The position numbers and the translations under genes were made by a program. A DNA stretch of 64,000 bases from a virus, in the IMG/VR virus record IMGVR_UViG_3300025087_000038, positions 32,001 to 96,000 of that record; one strand, given 5' to 3'. Below are positions 55,355-64,000 of this stretch, one piece after another (within the stretch, counting starts at the first letter, position 1; every line of letters starts with the position of its first letter). A model generated the notes under the pieces. It saw only the letters and a list, made by a program, of their open reading frames with translations, had not been told where the DNA came from and did not search any database.

Positions 55355-55608
55355 AATCAATAATTCATGTTGAAAGAGATATAAATACCCTTGATGACTT
55401 CCAAGAATTAACCACTGATTTACTTAAGTGTCTTACGAATGCCGGGAAAGAAATAAAGATAGATCCCAAAGTCTATGTATCCGCTATTCTTACGCATAGT
55501 CTTGCTGCTTTATATTGGTATGTAGATGGTGATGTTTTAAAATTTAGAGAGTATTTGAATATAGTAGAAGCTAGTTATTTAGAGGTATTCAAAAAAGTAG
55601 AAGAATGA
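55351..55608 (+). CDS. hypothetical protein
   Basis: ATGA-coupled. Confidence 0.5.
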   Translation: MKSIIHVERDINTLDDFQELTTDLLKCLTNAGKEIKIDPKVYVSAILTHSLAALYWYVDGDVLKFREYLNIVEASYLEVFKKVEE

Positions 55609-56864
55609 GTAAACCAAAAATAGCTTGGGTAAGTCACAGTCCTGCATTACTGCCAGTAGGGCAAAGTAAAGTAACTAGAGAGTTCTGTAAACGGTTATAC
55701 AATGACTATGATTTGACAGTAGTAGGATTAGACCACTGTGAGGTAGAAGGTATGACGTTCCCATATCCTATTATAGGGGTACCATCAGGTAGGGATGATT
55801 TGTTAGTTCAAGTATTGCAAAAACTCAATCCAGTAGCAATAGTTTTTTCGCATGATATTTGGCGATTTTTTTGTATTGCGTACCCAGAAGGGAACCAACA
55901 AGGATTAAAACAATTGTTACCTAATACTAAGTTTATAGGATACTTTACGATTGATGGGGATCCATTCCATGAGGCGTGGTTTCCAATTTTAAGGTGTTGC
56001 GAAGTACTTGTAACGCCTAGTGATTACGGGAAAAAAGTAATCCAAGAAAACTACGCACAGGCACCAGTAGCTGTAGTACCCTTTGGTGTAGATATTACAC
56101 TATTTAAACCTGAAGACGACAAAGAACAATACAAAAAATCAATCGATGTTGATACAGAAAAACTTTATAAGGAAACAGGGGTATTCCCGATACTTTTAGG
56201 AGGCAAGTTTGTATGTTGTTTTATAGGAATGAACCAAAACAAAAAGAACATTGGTGCAATAGTAGACAACTTTGCGGAGTTCAGTAAAGATAAACCAGAC
56301 GTGTTTTTGGTTATGGTGTTGCATTCGTCATCAAGACCGCAACGGTCATACGTGCAAAAACTGGACACCGATGTACAAAGAATAGTAAAACAAACAGGGC
56401 TACACGATAAATGTTACATAATGGAGAAAAGTCTACCGGAAGAAAGTTTAGTGCGAATATACAAATTCTCGGATTGCTTACTTTATCCGTCGGTAGGTGA
56501 AGGATTTGGGCTACAACTTTTAGAATCGATGGCCTGTAAATGCATACCAATTGTTACAGATTATACATCATTACCAGAACTAGTGGGGGAAGGGCGGGGA
56601 CTAAAAATAAAAGTAGGTGCTTTTGTTAGGGGACCCTGGGATGTACGGAGAGCTGTAGTAGATGAAGAAGACATGATCTCTAAAATGGAATATTTGTACG
56701 CATTGTGGAAGTTTAACAAAGATTTATTAAAAGGATACCAAGAAAGAGGATATGAATGGGCAAAGACGATGACTTGGGATACCTCTTATGCTAAAATGAA
56801 ACAGGTGATAGATGCAAGTTTATTGAACATGGACTTTGTGGATACAGAATTGGAGGCGGTATGA
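55605..56864 (+). CDS. GT-B (family 4-like) glycosyltransferase
   Basis: PFGVD; NQNKKN; PSVGEGFGLQLLESMAC. Confidence 0.88.
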   Translation: MSKPKIAWVSHSPALLPVGQSKVTREFCKRLYNDYDLTVVGLDHCEVEGMTFPYPIIGVPSGRDDLLVQVLQKLNPVAIVFSHDIWRFFCIAYPEGNQQGLKQLLPNTKFIGYFTIDGDPFHEAWFPILRCCEVLVTPSDYGKKVIQENYAQAPVAVVPFGVDITLFKPEDDKEQYKKSIDVDTEKLYKETGVFPILLGGKFVCCFIGMNQNKKNIGAIVDNFAEFSKDKPDVFLVMVLHSSSRPQRSYVQKLDTDVQRIVKQTGLHDKCYIMEKSLPEESLVRIYKFSDCLLYPSVGEGFGLQLLESMACKCIPIVTDYTSLPELVGEGRGLKIKVGAFVRGPWDVRRAVVDEEDMISKMEYLYALWKFNKDLLKGYQERGYEWAKTMTWDTSYAKMKQVIDASLLNMDFVDTELEAV

Positions 56865-57841
56865 AAATACTTAACAATATAAAAGTACCCACTGGTAATA
56901 TTTTAATTGTAGAGGGAGATAGGGGCAAACTTGAAATGTTGTCATTAGGAGATTATGGTAAAGACATTAACTTAAAAGCAGATTGTTTGGGATTGACTAG
57001 AGATTTAGTGCAGGTAAGGCATACAAGGATGTTGCCTCTAGAGGAAAAATGGGTTATAACTATTTCTACTCAATATGGGTGCTCTATGCAATGTACTTAT
57101 TGTGATGTTCCTAAAGTTGGACCGGGAGTAAATGCTACGTTTAATGACCTAATAAAACAAGTGCTAACAGGAATTAAGTTACATCCGGAGGTTGACTTTA
57201 CAAAAAGACTGAACATACATTTTGCAAGAATGGGGGAACCCACCATTAATCCAAATGTGCTAGACGCTGTTAAATGGTTAAAGACTCATATAGATCCGGA
57301 GTTTCATATACACCCTGTGGTGTCAACTATGATGCCAAAAAGAAACATATGGTTGAAAACTTTTATTCATACTTGGATGAGAATAAAGAATAGACTGCTA
57401 AAAGGAGAAGCCGGTTTACAAATTAGTATAAACTCCACAGATGAGATAGAACGAGAACATATGTTCTCTGGTAATGCTTGTTCTTTAGAGGAAATAAAAA
57501 ATATCATGGACGGAGTTATCCCAAATGGCAGGAAGATTACATTGAATTTTGCTCTTGCCGATTATCAGATAGACCCAAGAGTGCTGAAAAAGTATTTTGA
57601 TCCTGATGACTATGTTGTTAAATTGACGCCGATGCACAAAACTATAACGGCTGAGGCGAACGGAATACGGACTGAAGGAGATTATACGGCCTACTACCCC
57701 TATAAAAAGCACGAGGAAAACTTAAAGAATGAGGGATACGATGTTTTGGTGTTTATAGCTTCGCATGAAGAAGATATGGGTAGAATTACCTGCGGTAATG
57801 CAATTTTGTCTGGATCTAAACCAGAATTGGAGGCTGTATGA
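56861..57841 (+). CDS. RlmN/Cfr-like radical SAM protein
   Basis: ISTQYGCSMQCTYC; RMGEP; LQISIN; C-terminal TCGN. Confidence 0.7.
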   Translation: MKILNNIKVPTGNILIVEGDRGKLEMLSLGDYGKDINLKADCLGLTRDLVQVRHTRMLPLEEKWVITISTQYGCSMQCTYCDVPKVGPGVNATFNDLIKQVLTGIKLHPEVDFTKRLNIHFARMGEPTINPNVLDAVKWLKTHIDPEFHIHPVVSTMMPKRNIWLKTFIHTWMRIKNRLLKGEAGLQISINSTDEIEREHMFSGNACSLEEIKNIMDGVIPNGRKITLNFALADYQIDPRVLKKYFDPDDYVVKLTPMHKTITAEANGIRTEGDYTAYYPYKKHEENLKNEGYDVLVFIASHEEDMGRITCGNAILSGSKPELEAV

Positions 57842-58023
57842 ACGAGAATACTGCTTGGGTTCTTATAATAGCAATATTGGTTTGCGGGATTGGTTCTTGT
57901 ATGTGTACAGATACTTACTTTAGGGAGAAAACTAAGCAAGAATATATTAAACAGGGATATGTGGAACGGCAAGTAGGAACGCTATGGACTGAACGTATGG
58001 AGTGGGTAAAGGCGGAAAAATGA
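57838..58023 (+). CDS. small membrane protein
   Basis: N-terminal TM segment. Confidence 0.5.
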   Translation: MNENTAWVLIIAILVCGIGSCMCTDTYFREKTKQEYIKQGYVERQVGTLWTERMEWVKAEK

Positions 58024-58206
58024 AAACTATAGTGTTTACTGTGGAGTCTAAAGTGTCGGAAGATATAGTTAAGAAATTAAAATGACAAGGTGTTTTTACT
58101 AATCCATTAAGATTTGATCCACCTTTGAAATAGAGTTTTCGGTTTTAAAAGATTCTTATAAGACATTTGTATTTAAACCGGTAAAAGTTCAGATAAAAGG
58201 ATAAGA

Positions 58207-59340
58207 ATGAACGAACTATTTGTATATGGCCCGGTTTCAGGACCAACAGGATACGATAGTTGTGTACGAGGATTAACAAAAGCGTTATACAACTTAGGGG
58301 TGTCAATAAAACTATTCCCGTTTGCAAACTGGAGTTTTTATTTGGTTAAACTTGATACCCAAACACATAATTTGTTACAGAATATGATAAACGGTAATCC
58401 GGTAAGGGGCGATGCCCCGTATTTGCATTTTTGTTTGCCAGAACAAGTAAAACATCAAGAAGGAAACTTGAACGTAAACTTTACGATGTTCGAAATAGAC
58501 AGGATACCTACCAATTGGGTAGAAGCTGGTAACAAAACGGATTTGGTAATAGTGCCCACACAGTTTTCGTATCAGGCCTGGGTAGAGAGCGGTGTAGACG
58601 AATGGCGAGTAAAAGTCGTTCCGTTAGGGGTAGATGGAAGTTTGTTTACCCAAGAAGTTGTGCCATTAGACTTAATTGACAAAACGGGGAAAAAATTGTT
58701 GAGAGAAAAGTATAAGAACATTATTATTTCGGTATTAGAAGTAACAAACAGGAAAAATTTAGAGGGACTACTTCGACTTTATTATTCAACAGTTAAACCC
58801 GGGGATACCTGTTTGATTTTGAAGTGTTCTAGTTATTCACATCATAACAAAGTAGAAGACGTAATAGAAAGAGTAAAAATAGAAGTAGGATTACGAGAAG
58901 GGATAGCAGAGTTTCCGCCAGTATATGTCTACAAACAGATACTCCCGGTATACGTTATGGATAGACTGCTAGCGGTAGGGACACACTATTTGTCGATGAG
59001 TTATGCCGAGGGATGGGATTTACCTGCCCATGAAATGGCAGCATTAGGAAAAGTCATTATTGTGCCTAACCATTCTGGATATACGGAATGGACTACAGAT
59101 TCAGAAGACTGTTTTTTAATAGAGGCAGACCGAAAAGAACCGGCTACACAAGGCGGAGGATTGCAAAGATTATATGAGAAAGGTAATTGGTGTATACCTA
59201 ACTTTGAAGATGGAAAAGAAAAGCTAAAACTGGCTTTAGAGAAAGGAAAAGGAAAACAAGGACTACACGAAAAGGTAAAAGGGTATACTTGGGAAAATAG
59301 TGCAAAAAAAGTAAGCAAAATCATAGAAAACGTAGTATAA
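58207..59340 (+). CDS. GT-B (family 4-like) glycosyltransferase
   Basis: TGY; TMFE; VPLGVD; RKN; EGWDLPAHEMAALG. Confidence 0.85.
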   Translation: MNELFVYGPVSGPTGYDSCVRGLTKALYNLGVSIKLFPFANWSFYLVKLDTQTHNLLQNMINGNPVRGDAPYLHFCLPEQVKHQEGNLNVNFTMFEIDRIPTNWVEAGNKTDLVIVPTQFSYQAWVESGVDEWRVKVVPLGVDGSLFTQEVVPLDLIDKTGKKLLREKYKNIIISVLEVTNRKNLEGLLRLYYSTVKPGDTCLILKCSSYSHHNKVEDVIERVKIEVGLREGIAEFPPVYVYKQILPVYVMDRLLAVGTHYLSMSYAEGWDLPAHEMAALGKVIIVPNHSGYTEWTTDSEDCFLIEADRKEPATQGGGLQRLYEKGNWCIPNFEDGKEKLKLALEKGKGKQGLHEKVKGYTWENSAKKVSKIIENVV

Positions 59341-59341
59341 T
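59331..59341 (+). promoter_or_regulatory. YGTAGTATAAT promoter-like motif
   Basis: CGTAGTATAAT then GAAAGGA; a variant TAGTATAAT recurs at 59538-59546. Confidence 0.6.
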
Positions 59342-59363
59342 AGTAGTAGAAAGGATAAAGGTT

Positions 59364-59534
59364 ATGTTTGGATTAGATATATTAGGTAAGCATATGCAAG
59401 AAGAACATAAGGATTCCAAATGGTTTGGGGATAGCTATACAACAGATTCGTCTGGTAGTATTTATTTACCAAAAATGTCAGATTTGTGGAAAGGTTTTGG
59501 TTGGGGGAGAAGATTTCTTAAAAGTAGAAGATAA
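59364..59534 (+). CDS. 56-aa hypothetical protein (not in ORF track)
   Basis: RBS after the promoter motif; MFGLDILGKH... Confidence 0.45.
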   Translation: MFGLDILGKHMQEEHKDSKWFGDSYTTDSSGSIYLPKMSDLWKGFGWGRRFLKSRR

Positions 59535-59564
59535 AAATAGTATAATATAGAAAGGAGTAAGGAA

Positions 59565-60392
59565 ATGGAAAAGAAATATATTTCTACACAGAAAGAGTTA
59601 GATGCTGTAATAGGCTCTAACTGGGAAGGATTGGTTATTATTAAGGATACCAAAGAAGAAATAAATATTAGAGATAATGGTAAGTGTTTGATACATGTTT
59701 CTGGGAACGCTCAAATAGGGACTGTTTCTGGGAACGCTCAAATAGGGACTGTTTATGAGAACGCTCAAATAAGGACTGTTTATGAGAACGCTCAAATAGG
59801 GACTGTTTATGAGAACGCTCAAATAAGGACTGTTTCTGGGAACGCTCAAATAAGGACTGTTTCTGGGAACGCTCAAATAGGGACTGTTTATGAGAACGGG
59901 TTGCTTAACGTATATTCTTCTTCGGTAACTTTGAAGAATCTTTTGGGTAATGCTATTGTAATTTGCTATGAAAAACCCAAGATTTTGAAAAAGTCTAAAT
60001 CAGTAAGGATAGTAACTACTAAGAAATGTGTAGAATCTGCTTTCTCTTTACAGAAGTTTATTGATAGATACGAAATACAAGAAGAAGGAGATTTTCTTAT
60101 ACTGTATAAGTCTGTTAAGAATGATTATACAGACTTTTATTCTGGGAAGATCAAATATGAAGTGGGTAAAGTAGTTGGTTGCCCTGATTGGGATCCTGAT
60201 TACGAAGAAGAATGTGGCAAGGGGTTGCATTTAGCTGATTCTCCTTTATCTGCTTTGGCATTTAATGAAGGTAAAGTTTTAAAATGTAGGGTAAAGAGAA
60301 AAGATTGCAAGACTGTAAATAATCCTGAATATCCTACTAAAGTTAGATGTAAAGAGGTAGAAGTAATAGAAGAGGTAGAGTCTTTCTTTTAA
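59565..60392 (+). CDS. beta-helix repeat protein with C-terminal CGxGLH domain
   Basis: 9-aa repeats; ECGKGLH...KVRC C-terminal phage domain. Confidence 0.7.
   Translation: MEKKYISTQKELDAVIGSNWEGLVIIKDTKEEINIRDNGKCLIHVSGNAQIGTVSGNAQIGTVYENAQIRTVYENAQIGTVYENAQIRTVSGNAQIRTVSGNAQIGTVYENGLLNVYSSSVTLKNLLGNAIVICYEKPKILKKSKSVRIVTTKKCVESAFSLQKFIDRYEIQEEGDFLILYKSVKNDYTDFYSGKIKYEVGKVVGCPDWDPDYEEECGKGLHLADSPLSALAFNEGKVLKCRVKRKDCKTVNNPEYPTKVRCKEVEVIEEVESFF
59697..59897 (+). repeat. 27-bp tandem repeat x7 plus a partial unit
   Basis: GTT(TCTGGG/TATGAG)AACGCTCAAATA(G/A)GGACT. Confidence 0.95.
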
Positions 60393-60570
60393 GGAGTAAG
60401 AATATGTTTTGGATTGATTCTTTGTGTTGGCTGTAGTATTTTTTATGTATGCAAAGTATCTAGAGAATAGAGAAAAGACAATTTGACAATTATTATGAAT
60501 CACGAAACCTTAGCAATGATTTATACATAGCACAGTTAAATGCGTTGACTAAGGTGTTGGATGATGAAAA

Positions 60571-61581
60571 ATGACTAAACTAGGAATGGTAATACCAACA
60601 TACGGTAAACAGTGTGGTATAGCGGCCTACACGAATAACCTACTTTCGGAACTCCAGAAATTGGAAGAATTGGAAATAACTATTTTAGGTGAAGGTGTGT
60701 TTGACTATATGCACTGCATTTACAAAGAAGGGTTAGATGTAGTACATTTTCAATTAGAGTACCAGTTTTATTCTCCTAAACGGTTAGAGATACTTTTAAA
60801 AGGAGTAAATCGGCTGGGTAAGAAAAGTGTTGTAACAATGCACACAGTTCATCTAAACGCTAAAGACCATAACTGGGTTATAAACGAGTTATCAGATTTA
60901 GTGTTGGTGCACAGTAACCGGCAAAAAGAAGAAGTAACAAAACTAATGAATAAAGTAAAGGTAGAAATAGTTACTATGGGATGCCCAAATATACAGCCAA
61001 GAGAAGGCGTAAACAGAAAGATGTTGGGATTACCAGAAGTGCCTATCATTGCAACGTTTGGCATGGGATATTTCCATAAAGGGATAAAAGAATTAGTTTT
61101 GTTGTCAAAAGAGTTTCCCGGATACCAGTTCTTGATAGTGTCTAGTAAACCGAGTCAGGATACTGGATACTTTATTCAATGTAAGGCATTGACGGAACAG
61201 TTGAAAAACATTTTATGGGTAGAGAAATTTATACCCGAACAACAGGTAGTAGAACTGTTGTCTATGTCAGATTTGATAGTGTTACCATATCAAGAATATG
61301 GGGGTATTGCAACCTCAGCGAGTCTTAAAACTGTTATGTGCGCTAACGCGCCAATACTTGTGTCGGATACTTGTTTTTTTGATGATGTTGACGCCGTAAT
61401 GAAATTTAAAGGAAAATTAGATAAAGAGGTTATAGAAAATGTACTAGGAATAATTAAGATCCATAAAGAAATGATGGTAGGCGGAATAACCAAATGGCGA
61501 ACAGAGAATAGTTGGAGCAAGTCTGCTATGCAACATAAGAGGTATTATGAGGGGTTGGTAAATAAGGGGGTAGAAAAATGA
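60571..61581 (+). CDS. GT-B glycosyltransferase
   Basis: CGIAAYT; VTMH; FG...KG; LPY...SAS. Confidence 0.82.
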   Translation: MTKLGMVIPTYGKQCGIAAYTNNLLSELQKLEELEITILGEGVFDYMHCIYKEGLDVVHFQLEYQFYSPKRLEILLKGVNRLGKKSVVTMHTVHLNAKDHNWVINELSDLVLVHSNRQKEEVTKLMNKVKVEIVTMGCPNIQPREGVNRKMLGLPEVPIIATFGMGYFHKGIKELVLLSKEFPGYQFLIVSSKPSQDTGYFIQCKALTEQLKNILWVEKFIPEQQVVELLSMSDLIVLPYQEYGGIATSASLKTVMCANAPILVSDTCFFDDVDAVMKFKGKLDKEVIENVLGIIKIHKEMMVGGITKWRTENSWSKSAMQHKRYYEGLVNKGVEK

Positions 61582-62078
61582 AGAAGAAAAAAGCAATAGC
61601 AACATTGAGACCATTTGAACGAACAGTTAAGGATGCGGATATTGATCCAAAACTTTCTGATATTACTAAAGATTTTGGTGATTACTATGATAAGGAAGTT
61701 GACATTATCATGGCAGAACTCGTTAGACAGAAATGTGTTCCTAATGGAGATTGTCTTAATGATCCAATTCGTGCTGTGTTGAAAAAGAGACTTAAATCAT
61801 TTTATGGGGGTGAGAAGAAGACTACAACGTTTTTGGATGTTATCAGAAAGATGCTAAGGATTAAGACAAAAGAAGAGCAACTTCACCAGGATGTCTTAGA
61901 TGTTTTGAGGAGTACGCGTGAGAATAACGATGGCATAGATTATAAAGTTCCTTTGACAAAATGGCAGGAGATTAATGGTTTCGAAACGCGCGTTTTGGGG
62001 CAGGTAAGTTATCTGGAGCACTTGTTACAAGATTATTTTAAGTTGGTTGAGAACACTTTTAGAAGGCGGGGGAGGTAG
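61578..62078 (+). CDS. hypothetical protein
   Basis: 166-aa coupled ORF. Confidence 0.55.
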   Translation: MKKKKAIATLRPFERTVKDADIDPKLSDITKDFGDYYDKEVDIIMAELVRQKCVPNGDCLNDPIRAVLKKRLKSFYGGEKKTTTFLDVIRKMLRIKTKEEQLHQDVLDVLRSTRENNDGIDYKVPLTKWQEINGFETRVLGQVSYLEHLLQDYFKLVENTFRRRGR

Positions 62079-62107
62079 AGAAATGAAGATTTACCTAAAG
62101 ATAAACG

Positions 62108-62305
62108 ATGGACAATGGTAGGGAAATAAGTATTATGGATATTCCAGCGACTAAAAGGGAATTGTGCGAAGCACTAAAGAAACACCATATTGAAGGGCAT
62201 CCAGAACTACTAAAACTATCAATGTTTTTAGAATACCCAGGACTCTCGGAAGATTATAAGTCAAGTCTGAAGAAGGTAATAGAAAGGGGAATAGATGAAA
62301 ATTAA
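62108..62305 (+). CDS. hypothetical protein
   Basis: Small ORF; start uncertain. Confidence 0.45.
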   Translation: MDNGREISIMDIPATKRELCEALKKHHIEGHPELLKLSMFLEYPGLSEDYKSSLKKVIERGIDEN

Positions 62306-62510
62306 AAATTTAATTAAGATACTATCAACCTATGATCAGGAACTGGATGTTTGCGTTAATGGGTTTGAAGGCGGACTTTGCGATGTTAAGAAGGATCAGA
62401 TTGGGATAGTTGGAATTAATAGGAATGTTAATCCCAAGAACAACTGGTGGGATGGCCCACATGGTGTAGACATGGAAAGTGCAGATAAGGTTTTATTAAT
62501 AAGTAGGTAG
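62295..62510 (+). CDS. hypothetical protein
   Basis: MKIKNLIKIL...GFEGG-type small phage protein. Confidence 0.55.
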   Translation: MKIKNLIKILSTYDQELDVCVNGFEGGLCDVKKDQIGIVGINRNVNPKNNWWDGPHGVDMESADKVLLISR

Positions 62511-62521
62511 AAGGAGACTAC

Positions 62522-63391
62522 ATGAAAATAACAGCTAATGTAATAGTAGGAGAGAAGAACCCAGAACCATACATTTACTATGCTCTAATTAGTCTTGCAA
62601 ATGTGGTGGATGGTTATGTAATAGTAAATACCGGGTCTGAGAACAATCCAAATATGGAATTAGTGTATAAGTTTGCAAAAGTATGTCCGGTACCAGTAAA
62701 GATATGCCATTTTCCGTTTACCAATTTTTCAGAAGTAAGAAATGCGGCGTTGATGGCGTCAAATACAGAATGGATTTGGCGGTTAGATTGCGATGAAGTC
62801 CATTACAAAAATGCTTTGGTAGTAAAAAGATTTATAGGTCAGGAAAATGTAGTAGGAATACGCGTATATTTTTATCATTTTATGTTAGATTACGATAATC
62901 TTGAATCCATATTTCCAAAAGTAGATTTGCTACAGGTAGATAAAAGTAGCCGGTATATGGGAGCTGTTCACGAGCAGTTTTATTCGGACTACTGGTTTAG
63001 ATGTCCTAAATGTGGCGGAGAAGAAGTAAAAGGGTATAGTATAACAACTTCACCTTATGAAATCAAATGTCAGTGTGGGGGAGTTATGGAACAGGGAGTT
63101 TTATCGTCAACATCAAATAAATGGCAGAAAGGAATAATACTTGATTCTGGGTATAAGTTTGCGCATTACTCGTATGTAAGACCGCAAAACGAAACTTATG
63201 TAAAATGGGAACACTATGCCCAACTGGAAGGAAAACCTGATGCAAACAAGCAGTTAATGATAGAATGTGGTAGCGAAGACAAAATACTTGAACATAGACG
63301 ATCTGCCCGGGTAAAGTTTGACGGGGCACATCCAGAAGTAATACGAGAGCATATTTACCAGTTGAAGAAAGAAGGGAAGGATAAATTTTAA
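62522..63391 (+). CDS. GT-A (family 2-like) glycosyltransferase with Zn-ribbon insertion
   Basis: NTGS; NFSEVRN; LDCDE; VHE; inserted CPKC...CQC. Confidence 0.8.
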   Translation: MKITANVIVGEKNPEPYIYYALISLANVVDGYVIVNTGSENNPNMELVYKFAKVCPVPVKICHFPFTNFSEVRNAALMASNTEWIWRLDCDEVHYKNALVVKRFIGQENVVGIRVYFYHFMLDYDNLESIFPKVDLLQVDKSSRYMGAVHEQFYSDYWFRCPKCGGEEVKGYSITTSPYEIKCQCGGVMEQGVLSSTSNKWQKGIILDSGYKFAHYSYVRPQNETYVKWEHYAQLEGKPDANKQLMIECGSEDKILEHRRSARVKFDGAHPEVIREHIYQLKKEGKDKF

Positions 63392-63690
63392 TGGAACCAA
63401 AATTTAAAGTAAATGATGCGGTAATTGTACCAAAGGTGTATACATTTGATGAGGCGTTGCGGTCTAGACCAAACTGGACCCATTTGTGCCCTGGAAATAA
63501 TAAATTAATGGTTAGTGATACTGGAACGGTTATAAAAATTGATTCCTTTATTGATTTAGATAAATCTGAACATAATATATACCGCGTAAAGTGGAAAAGA
63601 AAAATAAAGGGCTACGTTGCGATAGATAATGTAGAAAATGCAACGTGGGTCCAAGAAGAATTTTTGGAGTTAGAAAAGGATAAGTTTTAA
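63391..63690 (+). CDS. hypothetical protein
   Basis: MEPKFKVND-type small phage protein. Confidence 0.55.
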   Translation: MEPKFKVNDAVIVPKVYTFDEALRSRPNWTHLCPGNNKLMVSDTGTVIKIDSFIDLDKSEHNIYRVKWKRKIKGYVAIDNVENATWVQEEFLELEKDKF

Positions 63691-64000
63691 TGGATACAAG
63701 TAAAGAATATATAGAGATGTGTGAGAAGGCGGGAGAGATCCAGACACCCTTCTTTGATAAGAAAGTTCTCCCAAAAGAGTATGTTTTCTTTATTAAGGAA
63801 AAAGGGAAAACCATTGTTTTTTATGATGAAGACAGAGTTATGTATCAGGACGAGGGTATTAAAGGTCCTTGGTTTATAGAAGATACTGGGGTTAACAATT
63901 TACCTATTCCTTTTACTAAGTTTGCTGATAATGATTTTTTCTATTCATATTTAGATAAAGAATCTGGACTAAACTTTATATGGCTGCCTCGTCAAGACCA
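63690..64000 (+). CDS. hypothetical protein, 3'-truncated by window
   Basis: MDTSKEYIEMCEKAGEIQ...IWLPRQD; frame open to the end. Confidence 0.55.
   Translation, partial: MDTSKEYIEMCEKAGEIQTPFFDKKVLPKEYVFFIKEKGKTIVFYDEDRVMYQDEGIKGPWFIEDTGVNNLPIPFTKFADNDFFYSYLDKESGLNFIWLPRQD

Noticed and set aside
1040-63814. Minus-strand ORFs in the track, including the 366-aa ORF at 52620..53720
   Set aside because: They are antisense shadows of A-rich + strand genes (Ser/Phe/Leu/Ile-rich, no recognisable motifs). One exception I cannot fully exclude is 15835..16284, but the + strand there has RBSs and a terminator.

Overview
A 64-kb internal segment of a large, AT-rich tailed dsDNA phage. All plausible genes lie on the + strand. 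About 1-13.8 kb holds virion tail genes: the probable end of the tape measure, a hub-like protein and two paralogous fibre proteins. About 15-16.4 kb is an AT-rich boundary followed by small early-type genes. From 16.5 kb onward the window encodes a sigma-like factor, an SNF2 helicase with a class-3-type LAGLIDADG intein, primase-helicase, a UDG-PolA fusion, RecA, RuvC and SbcCD. It also carries a dispersed 7-deazaguanine pathway (folE, queD, queE, queC, a DpdA-like TIM barrel, a purine PRTase and a MazG-like protein), RNA-repair genes (two RNA ligases, CCA-adding enzyme, RlaP-like nucleotidyltransferase), tRNA-Gln(UUG) and four glycosyltransferases. The most notable unexplained signals are: (i) three tandem covarying bulged RNA hairpins directly upstream of a large helical/TerD-like protein gene, with a tRNA-like element nearby; (ii) recurrent 10-27 bp duplications of gene junctions flanking accessory ORFs; (iii) about 15 copies of a YGTAGTATAAT promoter-like motif; (iv) a Zn-finger endonuclease fused to dUTPase behind an orphan dUTPase N-terminus; (v) an RlmN-like enzyme lacking the resolving cysteine. 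All family assignments come from motif recognition by eye; no searches were run.
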